64,000 bases of DNA from an uncultured bacterium (GCA_963727525.1 CAVSGO010000007.1:1760001-1824000), one strand, 5' to 3'. Shown: positions 10,452-20,976, counted from the stretch's first letter. Notes: generated by a model not told the origin, from the letters alone. Program-made: numbers and translations.

Positions 10452-11251
10452 CACGCGATACGATTCGCGATCGCGGCACCTGTCCCCTCGAGATGCGGCA
10501 CACCCCCGGCCGCGCGCGCCTCATCGTGCACGCCCCGCACCAGCCCATGCCCTTCCAGCACCCAGTACACGACGACCACGATCACCGCGGCCACGACCAC
10601 GAGCCGGCGGCGAGAGACGCGCAACGCCGACCGCCGACGCCCGCGCCATGCCACGACGAGCAACCCTACCGGCGCCAGCAGTCCCTCGAGCAACGCGCCG
10701 CGCAATGCCGGCCACCGCGGCCCGGGATAGAAGAAGACACTCGCTCCCACCACGCCGGCCGCCACGAGATACGCCACCACCAGAGGCCATCCGCCGGGCA
10801 ACCACCGCGCCACCGCGCGCAAGGTCACCGCGTAGAGCGCCACGCCGACGGCCTCGAGAACGACCCGCGCGCCACTGGCGCCGGCACCACGCAGCACGAA
10901 TGCCCAGTCCCCTGCACCCGTCACGGCCGACGACAAGACCGTGCCGGCCGCCCAGAATCCGTTGAACGCCACGACGAACGCCAGGAATACCTGCAAGACC
11001 GAATCCCGTACGCGCACCAGCGCCACGAACGCTGCCATCGAGACGAGCAGGTTCATCACCGAGCCCCCCGCATCCACGAACGGCGTGCCGGGACTGCAGC
11101 GAAAGTAGACCGTGGTCAGCAGTGTGATGTGCCCACCGCTCAGCAGGCACGCAGCCCCGTGCCCGAGCACCTCGTGCGCGACGCTCGCTGCGATGATCGC
11201 CAGGGCCGCGAGCCCGCTCAGCGTAGGGATGTGGACATCATGCCTGGGCAC
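10451..11251 (-). CDS. Membrane protein with HExxGH motif (M50/M50B-like metallopeptidase candidate)
   Basis: AHEVLGHG in TM1, AGGSVMN and GDW; several hydrophobic segments. Confidence 0.6.
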   Translation of the reverse strand: MPRHDVHIPTLSGLAALAIIAASVAHEVLGHGAACLLSGGHITLLTTVYFRCSPGTPFVDAGGSVMNLLVSMAAFVALVRVRDSVLQVFLAFVVAFNGFWAAGTVLSSAVTGAGDWAFVLRGAGASGARVVLEAVGVALYAVTLRAVARWLPGGWPLVVAYLVAAGVVGASVFFYPGPRWPALRGALLEGLLAPVGLLVVAWRGRRRSALRVSRRRLVVVAAVIVVVVYWVLEGHGLVRGVHDEARAAGGVPHLEGTGAAIANRIA

Positions 11252-11255
11252 CGGA

Positions 11256-11789
11256 TCACCCGCCGGGATTCGCGATGATGTAGGTGCTCACGGTCCTGTG
11301 CACACCCTGGAACATCATCGTTCCCGATCGACTGTGCGCAAACCCCGCCCGCAAGAGCGTGCGCTGCGATGCCACGTTGTCCGCCGCCGTGACGCCGATG
11401 ATCCGCGCCAGCCCGAACCGCGCGAGCGTCCATTTCACGGCCGCCGCGGTCGCCTCGGTCGCATAACCTCGCCGTTGGTACGCCTCCGCGATCCCGAACC
11501 CGATCTCCACCTCATTTTCGAACGGGCTGAACCCCACGTGCCCGACCAACACGCCGTCGGCCCGATGCTCGATGGCAAGCGCGTACGGCCCGCCGCGCGG
11601 GGTGCCGGGGTCTTCGTAGGCCGCCACGAGATCCGCGATCACCGACTCCGCGTGCGCGAGATCACGGTACACCTGGCTCGGCAACCACATGCGTGCACCG
11701 GGCTCGCGGCTGAGAGCGAGGACTCGCGTGGCGTCGTCGGTGGTGAAGTGGCGCAGAAGGAGGGATGTGGTTGCGAGGGGGGGTTGCAT
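11256..11789 (-). CDS. GNAT N-acetyltransferase (RimJ/RimL family)
   Basis: TTSLLLRHF, EIGFGI, YQRRGYATEA and NVASQRTLLRAGF. Confidence 0.9.
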   Translation of the reverse strand: MQPPLATTSLLLRHFTTDDATRVLALSREPGARMWLPSQVYRDLAHAESVIADLVAAYEDPGTPRGGPYALAIEHRADGVLVGHVGFSPFENEVEIGFGIAEAYQRRGYATEATAAAVKWTLARFGLARIIGVTAADNVASQRTLLRAGFAHSRSGTMMFQGVHRTVSTYIIANPGG

Positions 11790-12070
11790 GGTCGTTCAAG
11801 GCCTCACTCTTCCATCGCGTCGGCCGCGCACGTTCTTCGGGCGTCGTCAGGTCACCGCCTCCACCGAATGTCGCGGTCGTACTATCCGGTCGCTGTCCAC
11901 GCACGTCATCATAAACGACGAGCGCGATGATCACCAGGATACCCGCGAGGATGTTGACCTCGATCGAGAAGTCACCGAAACAACAAACGACCGCGAACCG
12001 AAGCCTCGACCGTAGATCGAAGCAATACGGAGGATACTCGACGACCAGGACTGGCACTACGACCGGCGCG

Positions 12071-12622
12071 CTATGCCGTGCTTTTCGCCCACCGAAAATG
12101 CCTCACAAGCACCACGATCCATACCGCCACAAGGAAAAGAAACACCCCCGTGCCCACCCACATCGCCGTCCCCGACAGGACCGGCGGCGTGTGGTGATTA
12201 GCCCGGACCACCAGCCCGTGCACGAACGCCAGGAACGCCGCGAGCATTACCCCCATGAAGGCGCCGTGCCACTGCAGGAAGGCGATCGTCTCCGCGCGCC
12301 GCGCCGGCGCCAGCCAGTAGTTGCGATGGGGCAGGTTCACGAACGTTACCGGGATCACCCGCACGATCGACCCGAGCGCCCCGATGAACATCGGCAACGC
12401 GACCACGAGCGCCAGCGTCACGCGCAGGTACTCGTCTCGCGGCATGAATCCATCGGCCCGCCCCGCGGCGTCGAAGTGCGACGCGATGCGCATCGGCAAC
12501 TCCTGCGAAGTCACCATGACATAGATGACTGCCGCCGCCAGCACACCGAAATAGGCAATGGCCAGAGCGCTTCGTCTCACTTTTTCACCCGCGATTCGAA
12601 CGGTCGTGGCCTCGCAAGACAC
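12071..12622 (-). CDS. DUF1648 domain membrane protein
   Basis: LPMRIASHFDAAGRADGF motif, VNLPHRNYWL and four TM segments. The start may be the GTG near 12580. Confidence 0.78.
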   Translation of the reverse strand: MSCEATTVRIAGEKVRRSALAIAYFGVLAAAVIYVMVTSQELPMRIASHFDAAGRADGFMPRDEYLRVTLALVVALPMFIGALGSIVRVIPVTFVNLPHRNYWLAPARRAETIAFLQWHGAFMGVMLAAFLAFVHGLVVRANHHTPPVLSGTAMWVGTGVFLFLVAVWIVVLVRHFRWAKSTA

Positions 12623-12696
12623 GTGAGGAACTGCGAGACGCTACTCGGGAAAGCGCCGGACCTGATGCCCATCATCGCAAGGTATCGCCCGCACTC

Positions 12697-13131
12697 TCAC
12701 GACGTGTCTCGCACCCGAGTCCTCTCCTGCAGCATTCGCAGTAACGCTCCGGCCCGATCGACCTTGAAGCGATACTCGACGTGCCCGGTGAAGCCCTGCT
12801 GCATAACCGCCGCGTCACACTCGATGACGAGCATCTCATCGCCATCGACCCGCAACGCGAACTTCGTCCACCGTGGGTCGTCGAACGCGATATCAATCAC
12901 CTTGCGCCGAAACGCCAGGGCCACACACCGCCGTCGAGTGACGGCGATCGCCCCCGTGAACCACTCCCGACGCCGCGAGAAGTACTTGCCGTGCCCCCGA
13001 AAATCGCGATAGGTCACCGATCCGCTCAGCTCCTCCTCCACCGTGAACCCTCCCTCGGCTGCGAGCACGTCTCGCACGCTCCCCGGCAACCGCCCGACCC
13101 GAAAGAGCCGATAGAAGATCGACCGCCCCAT
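12697..13131 (-). CDS. Hypothetical protein
   Basis: 144-aa ATG-start ORF with protein-like composition, same strand as its neighbours. Confidence 0.6.
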   Translation of the reverse strand: MGRSIFYRLFRVGRLPGSVRDVLAAEGGFTVEEELSGSVTYRDFRGHGKYFSRRREWFTGAIAVTRRRCVALAFRRKVIDIAFDDPRWTKFALRVDGDEMLVIECDAAVMQQGFTGHVEYRFKVDRAGALLRMLQERTRVRDTS

Positions 13132-13474
13132 TCAAACCCACCGCTCGATATCACGTATCATCCGTCTTCCTCTGCAAAGCGATGGCAAGCGCAACATGCG
13201 ACGATTTGCTGACCATGATCGTCCCCCAAGCTGGCAGCGCATCGCCAGTTTATACCGTTATGTTCCAATTTCAATGGTATACCGTTTATCATGGTACCCC
13301 GATCAATTCCCCATTGTCCCCATCCCCTCCCGCTCCTTTCTCGAGAATCGAGTCGCCACGGACGAGGTGTAGTGCTGGAGCGATTGAAATCGACGGAGGT
13401 GCGGGACCGCGGGCAACGTGGTCGCAGCAGCCCCCCATGCTGTTCGCTGGCCGTCGCTACCTCGAGGTGGGCTC

Positions 13475-13508
13475 AAAAAAAGAGGCCCCACTTTACGCAG
13501 GGCCTCTC
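13475..13508 (-). terminator. Rho-independent terminator downstream of tRNA-Lys
   Basis: AGAGGCCC-loop-GGGCCTCT with a poly-A run on the + strand (U-tract on the minus strand). Confidence 0.75.
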
Positions 13509-13518
13509 TCGTGAACCT

Positions 13519-13594
13519 TGGTACGCCGCCGGGGACTCGAACCCCAAACCTAGTGATTAAGAGTCACTTGCTCTACCAGTTGAGCTAGCGGCGC
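13519..13594 (-). tRNA. tRNA-Lys (CTT)
   Basis: Reverse complement GCGCCGCTAGCTCAACTGGTAGAGCAAGTGACTCTTAATCACTAGGTTTGGGGTTCGAGTCCCCGGCGGCGTACCA; anticodon CTT, encoded CCA. Confidence 0.97.
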
Positions 13595-13661
13595 ACCGAG
13601 ATGTCGATTCTTGTGGCCGGTGGGCATGGCACGTATCGTGTGGGTCCGCCGGCGGGGTAGG

Positions 13662-13690
13662 AAAGTAGCGCTGGTGCAGGAAGTTGTCAA
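13662..13690 (-). promoter_or_regulatory. Sigma-70 promoter for tRNA-Lys
   Basis: Minus strand TTGACA-N17-TACTTT. Confidence 0.65.
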
Positions 13691-13731
13691 GGATCGCCGA
13701 GGGTTTTCCGGGGCGGGAAGGTGGCCTTTTC

Positions 13732-14373
13732 ATGTGGGAGTTGCGGACGCGCAAGTCGCATGCGCGCAAGGTTATCGGGATCCTGAAAGACGAGTTTCCC
13801 GAGAGCGGGTGTTCGCTGGAGCATGGGGATGCGTGGCAGTTGCTCGTGGCGACCATTCTCTCGGCGCAGTGTACCGATGTCATGGTGAACAAGGTGACGC
13901 CCACCTTCTTTGCGACCTTCCCGACCGTGCGTGATGTCGCGCGGTCCGAGATCGACGAGATCTCCGCGGTGATCCGGCCGACCGGTTTCTACCGGAACAA
14001 AGCGAAGTCGCTCAAGAAAGCGGCGGAGGCCGTGCTGGAGCGGCATGGCGGCAAGGTGCCGGGCACGATCGAGGAACTCGTGAAGCTGCCTGGCGTGGGG
14101 CGCAAGACGGCCAACGTCGTGCTCGGCGAGATCTGGAACAAGCCCGAGGGCGTGGTGGTCGACACGCACGTGGGGCGCATCGCCTACAAGCTCGGGCTCA
14201 CCGACCAGACCGACCCTGGGAAGATCGAGACGCAGCTCGCCGAATGCGTTCCTCCCGACGATTGGCGTGATTTCGGGCATCTCCTCATCGATCATGGTCG
14301 CAAGACGTGCAGGGCACGAGCGCCGAGGTGCGATGAGTGTCCGCTGTATCGGCTGTGCGAGGTGCGGGGCTAG
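13732..14373 (+). CDS. nth: Endonuclease III
   Basis: ILSAQCTD, HhH motif LPGVGRKTANVV, VDTHV and Fe-S motif CRARAPRCDECPLYRLC. The start could be upstream at 13684. Confidence 0.95.
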   Translation: MWELRTRKSHARKVIGILKDEFPESGCSLEHGDAWQLLVATILSAQCTDVMVNKVTPTFFATFPTVRDVARSEIDEISAVIRPTGFYRNKAKSLKKAAEAVLERHGGKVPGTIEELVKLPGVGRKTANVVLGEIWNKPEGVVVDTHVGRIAYKLGLTDQTDPGKIETQLAECVPPDDWRDFGHLLIDHGRKTCRARAPRCDECPLYRLCEVRG

Positions 14374-14432
14374 AAAGCACAGCGCCGTCTCCACCCGGGA
14401 GACGGCGCCTTGATCGTTCCCGCCGCGAACGA

Positions 14433-14888
14433 CTAGAACGGCAGATCGTCGTCGTCGATGGGACCGCTCTCCATGGGCGGGGCCTCGAAGCCACCTTCCG
14501 ACGGAGCGCTTTGACCGCGGCTCTCGCGCTGCGGGCCGGGCGCGTCGCCCTCCTCGCGGCGACCGAGGATCATCAGATCCCGCGCGACGACCTCGGTCGT
14601 GTAGCGCGTGTTGCCGTCGCGATCCTGCCACTGGCGGGTCTCGATGCGGCCCTCGACGTAGACCTGCTTGCCCTTGCGCAGATACCTCTCGGCGCGCTCG
14701 GCAAGGTGACGCCAGGCGACCACGCGGTGCCACTCGGTGCGTTCCTGCCACTCGTTGGTGCTCTTGTCCTGCCAGCGTTCGCTCGTGGCGATGCGGAGAT
14801 TCGCCACCGGGGTGTTGCCCTGGGTGTACTTGATCTCGGGGTCCGCGCCCAGGTTGCCGATGAGGATGACCTTGTTCACGCTTGCCAT
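14433..14888 (-). CDS. ssb: Single-stranded DNA-binding protein
   Basis: MASVNKVILIGNLGADPE, ERTEWHRV and C-terminal DDDDLPF. Confidence 0.97.
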   Translation of the reverse strand: MASVNKVILIGNLGADPEIKYTQGNTPVANLRIATSERWQDKSTNEWQERTEWHRVVAWRHLAERAERYLRKGKQVYVEGRIETRQWQDRDGNTRYTTEVVARDLMILGRREEGDAPGPQRESRGQSAPSEGGFEAPPMESGPIDDDDLPF

Positions 14889-15008
14889 CGAGGCTGCCTC
14901 CAGTGTGTGGGCGGACGGGCCGCCGGGTGCGCGGGAGGTGTCGGCTTCGCCATGCCACCTGGCGAAGATCGTGCCGACTTGCACCGGGAGCGGTACGCGA
15001 GAAAAAAA

Positions 15009-15085
15009 TGGGGTGGATGATGGGACTCGAACCCATGACCGCCTGGACCACAACCAGGAGCTCTGCCACCTGAGCTACATCCACC
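15009..15085 (-). tRNA. tRNA-His (GTG)
   Basis: GGTGGATGTAGCTCAG...CCTGGTTGTGGTCCAGG...GGTTCGAGTCCCATCATCCACCCCA; G-1 and C73 present. Confidence 0.96.
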
Positions 15086-15102
15086 ACCAAGTCGTGTCTG
15101 CG

Positions 15103-15179
<77 letters not shown>

Positions 15180-15262
15180 ACCGTTCGAACCGCGCGGGCG
15201 GAAGGCGAATAATCGCTTCGATCGCGCGGCCTGTCAAGCGGCCCGAGGCCGTCTGCGAGGGC

Positions 15263-15339
15263 TGGTCGGGGCGACAGGATTCGAACCTGCGACCCGCGGC
15301 TCCCAAAGCCGCTGCGCTACCGGACTGCGCCACGCCCCG
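15263..15339 (-). tRNA. tRNA-Pro (TGG)
   Basis: CGGGGCGTGGCGCAGTCCGGTAGCGCAGCGGCTTTGGGAGCCGC...GGTTCGAATCCTGTCGCCCCGACCA. Confidence 0.96.
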
Positions 15340-15439
15340 ACCCGGTCCTGACGAAGCGTCCATTCATAGTGGCCGCCCGCGGCGGTGTCAATACCGGGCG
15401 ACCGCCTCCGCCCGATCCGTGCGCGCCAGCTGACGCCGC

Positions 15440-16459
15440 CTACACATACGTCTGGCGCACCACGTCCAGCAACCGGCGCAGCGCGTGGCCGCGGTGGCTG
15501 ATGGCGTGCTTCTGTTCAGGAGCGAGCTGGGCCAGCGTCAGCTCGGTGCCGTCCGGGATGAAGATCGGGTCGTAGCCGAAGCCGCCCGTCCCCACCGGCT
15601 CGGTGCCCACGTGGCCCAGACAGCGTCCCTCGGCCGCCATCTCCAGCCACACGGCCTCGGCCAGAGTGCGGCCAGGGGCATCGGCGGGCAGGCCGCTGGG
15701 TGCCACCATGGTGGGCGGCTCGTCGCCGGCGGTGGGGCCGTTGGCCGTCCACAGGCGCGGGTCCGGCAGTCGCACGGCACCGGGGGGCGCATCAGCGGGA
15801 CGGCCGCCCTTGAGCATGGGCGTCACCAGGCGGTCGACGATCTCACGTAGGCGGTTGACGTCGGCCCCGCCGTCCACCATCACCGCACGCATGTTCATGC
15901 GGTAGTTCTGCCACACCTGGTGGTGATTGGAGAGCCGGTTCCAGTAGGCGTACTCCTCGTCCGGGTGCTTCACCTCGATGGCGCGCGCGAATGGATTGTG
16001 CAGCCAACGCGACTGAGCGCGGCGCGGCACCTCGGCCTCGCCGCCCAGTGTGACGCGTGGGCGCGGGTCGACCCACACCACGGTGGAGCTGAAGCGAGCC
16101 TGGCGGCGGCCGGCGGGCACGTGCCGCATCAGATCGAGCACCTGCTTCACATTGTCGGCGTAGCTGGCCTGCGGGCCGGCGAAGCGGGAGGCGAAGACGT
16201 CGGGCATGTCGTTGAGGACGCGGACCTGGAACGTGGTGTCGTCGGCCACGGCGATCTCGCCGGTGTATGCCGCCGTCTCGATGGCCTTGCGGCTCGCGTT
16301 GCCCAGAGCCGTGGTGCCGTCCTCGATGACCTCGGGCAGCCCCTCATAGTCGAGAGCCGACACGACGTCGAACGGCAACCCGGCACACAGCTCCCGCATC
16401 TCGCGCACCTTGTCCTCGTTGCGACTGGCGATGACCACCTTGCGCATCGTGTTTGGCAT
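15440..16459 (-). CDS. rdgB: Non-canonical purine NTP pyrophosphatase (RdgB/HAM1) with a large internal insertion
   Basis: IASRNEDKVRE, NASRKA, ADD, GFGYDPIF and KHAISHRG; canonical position after rph; 339 aa against about 200 aa typical. Confidence 0.88.
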   Translation of the reverse strand: MPNTMRKVVIASRNEDKVREMRELCAGLPFDVVSALDYEGLPEVIEDGTTALGNASRKAIETAAYTGEIAVADDTTFQVRVLNDMPDVFASRFAGPQASYADNVKQVLDLMRHVPAGRRQARFSSTVVWVDPRPRVTLGGEAEVPRRAQSRWLHNPFARAIEVKHPDEEYAYWNRLSNHHQVWQNYRMNMRAVMVDGGADVNRLREIVDRLVTPMLKGGRPADAPPGAVRLPDPRLWTANGPTAGDEPPTMVAPSGLPADAPGRTLAEAVWLEMAAEGRCLGHVGTEPVGTGGFGYDPIFIPDGTELTLAQLAPEQKHAISHRGHALRRLLDVVRQTYV

Positions 16460-16478
16460 ACTTCCGCCTCCGTTCTTA

Positions 16479-17216
16479 TCAGATCGACAGCACCTTGCGC
16501 TGCAACTCGTTGATCTTGGTGATACCGGCCGCCGAGAGGTCGAGCATGCGATCGAGCTGGGCGCGCGCGAACGGCTGGCGTTCGGCCGTGCCCTGGATCT
16601 CGATGAGGCCACCACCCTCGGTCATGACCACGTTCATATCGGTCTCCGCGCGCGAGTCTTCCTTGTAATCAAGATCGAGAATCACCTCGCCATCGACGAC
16701 CCCCAGGCTGATGGCGCCCACGAGGGAACGCATGGGGTGCTTGCGTAGATCGAGGCGCGCGAGGGCGTCGTAGAGGGCGACGGTGGCGCCATTGATGGAG
16801 GCGCAGCGGGTGCCGCCATCGGCGCGCACGACATCGCAGTCGAGGGTGATGGTCAGCTCGCCGAGGGCGTGCATGTCGGTGACGGCGCGCAGGGCGCGAC
16901 CGATCAGGCGCTGAATCTCCATGGTGCGGCCGCTGGGCCCGCCGCTCGCCTCACGGCGCATGCGCTCGTCGGTGCTGCGCGGCAACATGCCGTACTCGGC
17001 GGTGATCCAGCCCTGGCCGCCACCCTTGAGCCAGCGCGGCACGCCGTGGGCGATGGTGGCGGTGCACACCACGTGCGTGTTGCCCATCTCGATGAAGCAC
17101 GACCCCTCGGCGTGCGGCAGATAGTCGCGGGTCATGCGCGTGGCGCGCAGCTGGGTGACGGCACGTCCGCTCGCCCGTCCGATCGTCGCACCATTGTTGC
17201 CTGTGTTATCGCTCAC
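16479..17216 (-). CDS. rph: Ribonuclease PH
   Basis: [47 protein letters not shown] and [12 protein letters not shown] overlap with murI. Confidence 0.96.
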   Translation of the reverse strand: MSDNTGNNGATIGRASGRAVTQLRATRMTRDYLPHAEGSCFIEMGNTHVVCTATIAHGVPRWLKGGGQGWITAEYGMLPRSTDERMRREASGGPSGRTMEIQRLIGRALRAVTDMHALGELTITLDCDVVRADGGTRCASINGATVALYDALARLDLRKHPMRSLVGAISLGVVDGEVILDLDYKEDSRAETDMNVVMTEGGGLIEIQGTAERQPFARAQLDRMLDLSAAGITKINELQRKVLSI

Positions 17217-18073
17217 GTGGCCTCGCCCTTCCCGGCTTGGGACAGGCGTCCCTCGCCCTCGAGTTCGTCCAGGTTCACCGTCATCACGTCGGCGATGGGG
17301 CGGCCGAGGAAACGCTCGCCCACCTCGGTGAACTTCCAGGGGATGTCGCTCAGATAGTACGTCAGCCGGCCCTCGCCGAGAACGGTACGGCAGAGGCCTG
17401 CGGCCGTGAGGCGCGTCTGCGCGGCCGCGGCCAGGGCCTCGGCCGAGTCGACGAGGGCCACGGCCGGTCCCATGAAACGCGCGATGAGCGGCTTGAGCAA
17501 CGGATAGTGCGTGCAACCCAGGATGAGGGTATCCACTCCGTCGTCGCGCAGATCCGTGAGGTACTCGCGGCACGCCAGCTCGGTGAGCTCGTGCTCCAGC
17601 AGGCCCTCCTCCACGAGCGGGACGAAGAGCGGGCACTCGCGCGCCACCACGCGGTTCTCGCCCAGCGCGGCGGCGAGGCCGGCCTGGTAGCGCCCGCTGC
17701 GGATGGTGCCGCTGGTGCCGATCACGCCCACCTTGCCCCCGCACGTACGCTGCAACGCTGTCTGCACGCCGGGTTGGATCACGCCCAGCACCGGCAACGG
17801 GCAGCGCGCCTCGAGGAACTCGAGGGCGAAGGCGCTGGCCGTGTTGCAGGCCACGACCACCATCTTCACACCGAGCGACAGGAGGAAGCGCGCATCTTGC
17901 CAGGCGAAGGCCTGCACCGTGCGCGCACCCTTGGTGCCGTAGGGCACGCGGGCGGTGTCGCCGAAGTAGATGAGATCCTCTTGCGGCAGGCGCGCGTGCA
18001 GGGCGCGCAGCACCGTGAGGCCGCCCATGCCCGAATCGAAGACGCCGATGGGACGTTTCGCAGCTTCGTTCAT
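17213..18073 (-). CDS. murI: Glutamate racemase
   Basis: [24 protein letters not shown] and LGCTHYP. Confidence 0.97.
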   Translation of the reverse strand: MNEAAKRPIGVFDSGMGGLTVLRALHARLPQEDLIYFGDTARVPYGTKGARTVQAFAWQDARFLLSLGVKMVVVACNTASAFALEFLEARCPLPVLGVIQPGVQTALQRTCGGKVGVIGTSGTIRSGRYQAGLAAALGENRVVARECPLFVPLVEEGLLEHELTELACREYLTDLRDDGVDTLILGCTHYPLLKPLIARFMGPAVALVDSAEALAAAAQTRLTAAGLCRTVLGEGRLTYYLSDIPWKFTEVGERFLGRPIADVMTVNLDELEGEGRLSQAGKGEAT

Positions 18074-18742
18074 CTATTGCCACCTCCGCAGATCGAAGGG
18101 GCCGTCCATCACGAGATGGCCGCTGAGCGTCTCCACCTGGGCGCCGTCCACGAGGACGCGGCAGGTCACGAGGTCGGGGAAGTTGAGGGCCACGGTGCGC
18201 AGGATACTGGTGATCGTGGCCAGCTCGGCCGCGCTGCCGCCGGGATGGCGCGTGACCAGCTCGGCGCTGAAGTCGAGCACGGCGCTGTGCGCCTTCGCGT
18301 CGATGAACACCGACAGCGGCTGCGTCTGGCTCGGCAGCGCCGAGATGGCGCCGCTGATCGTGGGCCCCTTGCATAGCTCGCGCATCAGCCCGAGCAGGTC
18401 GCTCTCGGCATAGCCCTCGCTCGGGATACGGCGCTGCTCGGTGACGTAGCCGGTACCATCCCACTCGGGAAAGACCATGAGCACGGTGCGATCGCCGGCG
18501 GGCGGCGGCGCCTCCTGCGTGCTCTCGGGCAGGGCGCCGAGTTCGGTATCCAGCGATGACGACGAGCGGCGCAATGAGCGTAGCCCCACGACCACGGCGG
18601 CGGCCGCCACGGCCACCAGCAGCCAGATCAGGACGCGGCTCGTGCGGCCATTCTTGCGCAACGGCGCGGGACGCCGGCTGCTCGGGCGCGGGCGGCGCGG
18701 TGAGGACGACGGCTGACGGGACGGCGGCGTCTGGTCGCTCAT
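18074..18742 (-). CDS. GerMN domain membrane-anchored protein
   Basis: N-terminal TM helix, LCKGP, LDFS, HPGGS, SILRT and VDG...TLSGH; typical amiC-GerMN-murI context. Confidence 0.85.
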   Translation of the reverse strand: MSDQTPPSRQPSSSPRRPRPSSRRPAPLRKNGRTSRVLIWLLVAVAAAAVVVGLRSLRRSSSSLDTELGALPESTQEAPPPAGDRTVLMVFPEWDGTGYVTEQRRIPSEGYAESDLLGLMRELCKGPTISGAISALPSQTQPLSVFIDAKAHSAVLDFSAELVTRHPGGSAAELATITSILRTVALNFPDLVTCRVLVDGAQVETLSGHLVMDGPFDLRRWQ

Positions 18743-20379
18743 CGCCCACCACCTCCGGCCGCGGCGCCCTGGCTGGCCGCCTCCGCCATGCGGTCGCGGT
18801 ATTGCAGGATCGCATCGCCGATGGCGCCGGCGAGCGAGTGCTGGTAGTGCGAGTCGTTGAGGCGTGTCTCGTCGGACGGGTTGCTCAGGAAGCCCATCTC
18901 CACCAGCACCGCCGGCATGTATGCGCCCACGAGCACGCGAAAACCGGCCTGGCGCACGCCGCGATCGGGAAGGTTGAGGCGGTCGCTCACCGTGTGCTGG
19001 ATGGTCTCGGCCAGGTCGCTGCTGCTGCTGATGAAGCGATTCTGCACCAGTTCCCAGACGATGAAGTCCACGTCGTCGTCGCCGCCGTCGCCGTTCTCGG
19101 CGACCTCGACGCTCTGGCTCCAGTCGGTCTTGGCCGGCGACAGGAAATACGTCTCCAGACCGGTGGCGCCCTGCGAGAACCAGCCGTTGCAGTGCAGGGA
19201 GATGAAGAGGTCGCCGCCGGCACTGTTGGCGATCTCGGTGCGCTGCGCGAGGGGCACGTGCTCGTCGGAGTCGCGCGTGAGCACCACGTTCAGACCGCCC
19301 TCGCGGCGCAAGTAGCTGGCGAGCTGCCGCGCCATCTCCAGATTGATCGTCTTCTCCTGAGTACCGCCGGGACCGGCCACGCCGGCATCGTTGCCGCCGT
19401 GTCCGGGATCGATGACCACGGTCTGCACCGTGAGCGCGCGCGACACGTTGATGGGCCCCGTGTCGAAGGCCACGCGCGCTTGGCCGCGCGGCACGGGCTC
19501 GGGCAACGCGGTGGTCTGCTGCTCCTCCACGGTGAGCGTGATGGTGCGGCCGTCGTCGGCTGTGGAAGTGCGGTACTGGGTCACAAGGTCGTCGACACGC
19601 ACGATGACGACGGCATAGCCGTCGGCCTGGCGACTGTGCACCGACCGCACGAGCCCGCGTGGCTCGCCCATGGCGACCCGCGACGGGTCCACCACGCCGT
19701 CGTAGATCTTCAGCTCGATGGTGCCCGGCTCGGGGCTGGTGGCGCGAAAGCTCAGCGGGGCTCGGCAGGTGATCTGCAGATTGGCGGCCCGCGTGAGCTG
19801 GGTGACGCGCAGTCCGGTGATGCTGGCGTCGATGGTGCCGAGGGTGAGGCGGCGTGCATCGGGGTCCCAGGCGATGGACTGGCCGGTGCGCGGCCCGAGC
19901 ACCTCGGTGACGAAGACGACGGGCAGCCAGAGGTCGCCCTCGGCGGCCACCACGGGTACTGGCAGGAGCAACTCGCTTTCGCCCTGAACCACGAGGCGGC
20001 TGCCGGCCATCACGCGCAGGCGCACGTCCTGCACCACCAGGGTGAGGCGCTGGGTAGGTGCCTGCCACAGCCGGCTGGCCTGCACGACGTCGGCGAGGGT
20101 GGCGGAGCGCAGATACATCTCCCGCGAGCCGGCGACGATCTGCCGGCCGGCGATGGTGCGCGTCTTGCCGGTGGCGCGGTCGGCCACGGTGATCGACTGG
20201 TTCGCGGCGTCGAGGTCGAGGTGACGCCAGGCCAGCGGGTCATCGAGTGTGTTGGGCGTGGCCGCCGGCGTGTCCTGCGCGCGCGCGAGCGGCGCGCGGA
20301 CGAGAGACGTGCCGAGCAACAGCGCCAGACCGAGCGCAAACAACGCCAGCAACCTCCGTGTGCGGCATACGGGTGCCAT
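18739..20379 (-). CDS. amiC: N-acetylmuramoyl-L-alanine amidase (Amidase_3) with N-terminal AMIN-like region
   Basis: [17 protein letters not shown] and [12 protein letters not shown]; signal peptide; GGAGG RBS. Confidence 0.9.
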   Translation of the reverse strand: MAPVCRTRRLLALFALGLALLLGTSLVRAPLARAQDTPAATPNTLDDPLAWRHLDLDAANQSITVADRATGKTRTIAGRQIVAGSREMYLRSATLADVVQASRLWQAPTQRLTLVVQDVRLRVMAGSRLVVQGESELLLPVPVVAAEGDLWLPVVFVTEVLGPRTGQSIAWDPDARRLTLGTIDASITGLRVTQLTRAANLQITCRAPLSFRATSPEPGTIELKIYDGVVDPSRVAMGEPRGLVRSVHSRQADGYAVVIVRVDDLVTQYRTSTADDGRTITLTVEEQQTTALPEPVPRGQARVAFDTGPINVSRALTVQTVVIDPGHGGNDAGVAGPGGTQEKTINLEMARQLASYLRREGGLNVVLTRDSDEHVPLAQRTEIANSAGGDLFISLHCNGWFSQGATGLETYFLSPAKTDWSQSVEVAENGDGGDDDVDFIVWELVQNRFISSSSDLAETIQHTVSDRLNLPDRGVRQAGFRVLVGAYMPAVLVEMGFLSNPSDETRLNDSHYQHSLAGAIGDAILQYRDRMAEAASQGAAAGGGGR

Positions 20380-20386
20380 CGTCCTC

Positions 20387-20860
20387 CTAGCCGCGGCGAC
20401 CGGTCTCCTGCGCGATCCGCCGCTCGACGTCCTTCTTGGCCTTGTCCTCGCGCTTGTCATACAGCTTCTTGCCGCGCGCCAGACCGATCTCCACCTTCAC
20501 GAGCCCCCGCTTGAAGTAGATCTTCAGCGGCACCAGTGTCTTGCCGCCCTCCTCCAGCTTCGGGCCGATCTTGCGGATCTCGCGGCGCGTCAACAACAGC
20601 TTGCGCCGGCGAAACGGTTCGTGATTCTCGCGATTGCCCATGTCGTAGGGTCCGATGTGCAGCTTCACCAGCCATACCTCGCCGCCCTTCAGTTCGGCGT
20701 AGGAATCGCCCATGTTCACGCGTCCACCGCGAAGCGCCTTGACCTCGGTGCCAACCAGGACGATCCCCGCCTCCCAGCTGTCGAGGATCTGGTACTCGTG
20801 GAAGGCCCGGCGGTTTCTGGCGATGAGCTTGATCCCGCTCTCGTCGTCCTTGCGGGCCAT
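20387..20860 (-). CDS. smpB: SsrA-binding protein
   Basis: NRRAFHEY, GIVLVGTEVKALR, RKLLL and ARGKKLYDKRE. Confidence 0.97.
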   Translation of the reverse strand: MARKDDESGIKLIARNRRAFHEYQILDSWEAGIVLVGTEVKALRGGRVNMGDSYAELKGGEVWLVKLHIGPYDMGNRENHEPFRRRKLLLTRREIRKIGPKLEEGGKTLVPLKIYFKRGLVKVEIGLARGKKLYDKREDKAKKDVERRIAQETGRRG

Positions 20861-20947
20861 GGTGTCTCCGGGGTGAGGGTACGTTGGTGCAGCCACAGAA
20901 CCTAGCACCTGCCCCGGCTTCCCACAAGCTCTTGGCCCAGGACCAGG

Positions 20948-20976
20948 TTGACAGCGGCCGGGCGCCGCGCTAATTT
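20948..20976 (+). promoter_or_regulatory. Sigma-70 promoter for tRNA-Leu
   Basis: TTGACA-N17-TAATTT followed by a GC-rich discriminator. Confidence 0.7.

Noticed and set aside
8370-10454. Long antisense or overlapping ORFs (e.g. 8370-10454, 18556-20514, 43246-45723, 24676-26556)
   Set aside because: They are shadow ORFs of well-supported genes in GC-rich DNA and carry no recognisable motifs.
13627-13641. Sigma-54-like TGGCACG upstream of nth
   Set aside because: The -12 element reads GTGT, not TTGC.
15647-16063. RdgB insert as an intein
   Set aside because: No Cys/Ser at its start, no His-Asn followed by Cys/Ser/Thr at its end, and no homing endonuclease motif.
16479-18815. Apparent 778-aa RNase PH with a long N-terminal extension (similar cases for ahcY, GerMN, GT2, ssb and the anti-sigma factor)
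   Set aside because: The extensions overlap upstream genes or tRNAs in another frame; internal starts with RBS explain the real proteins.
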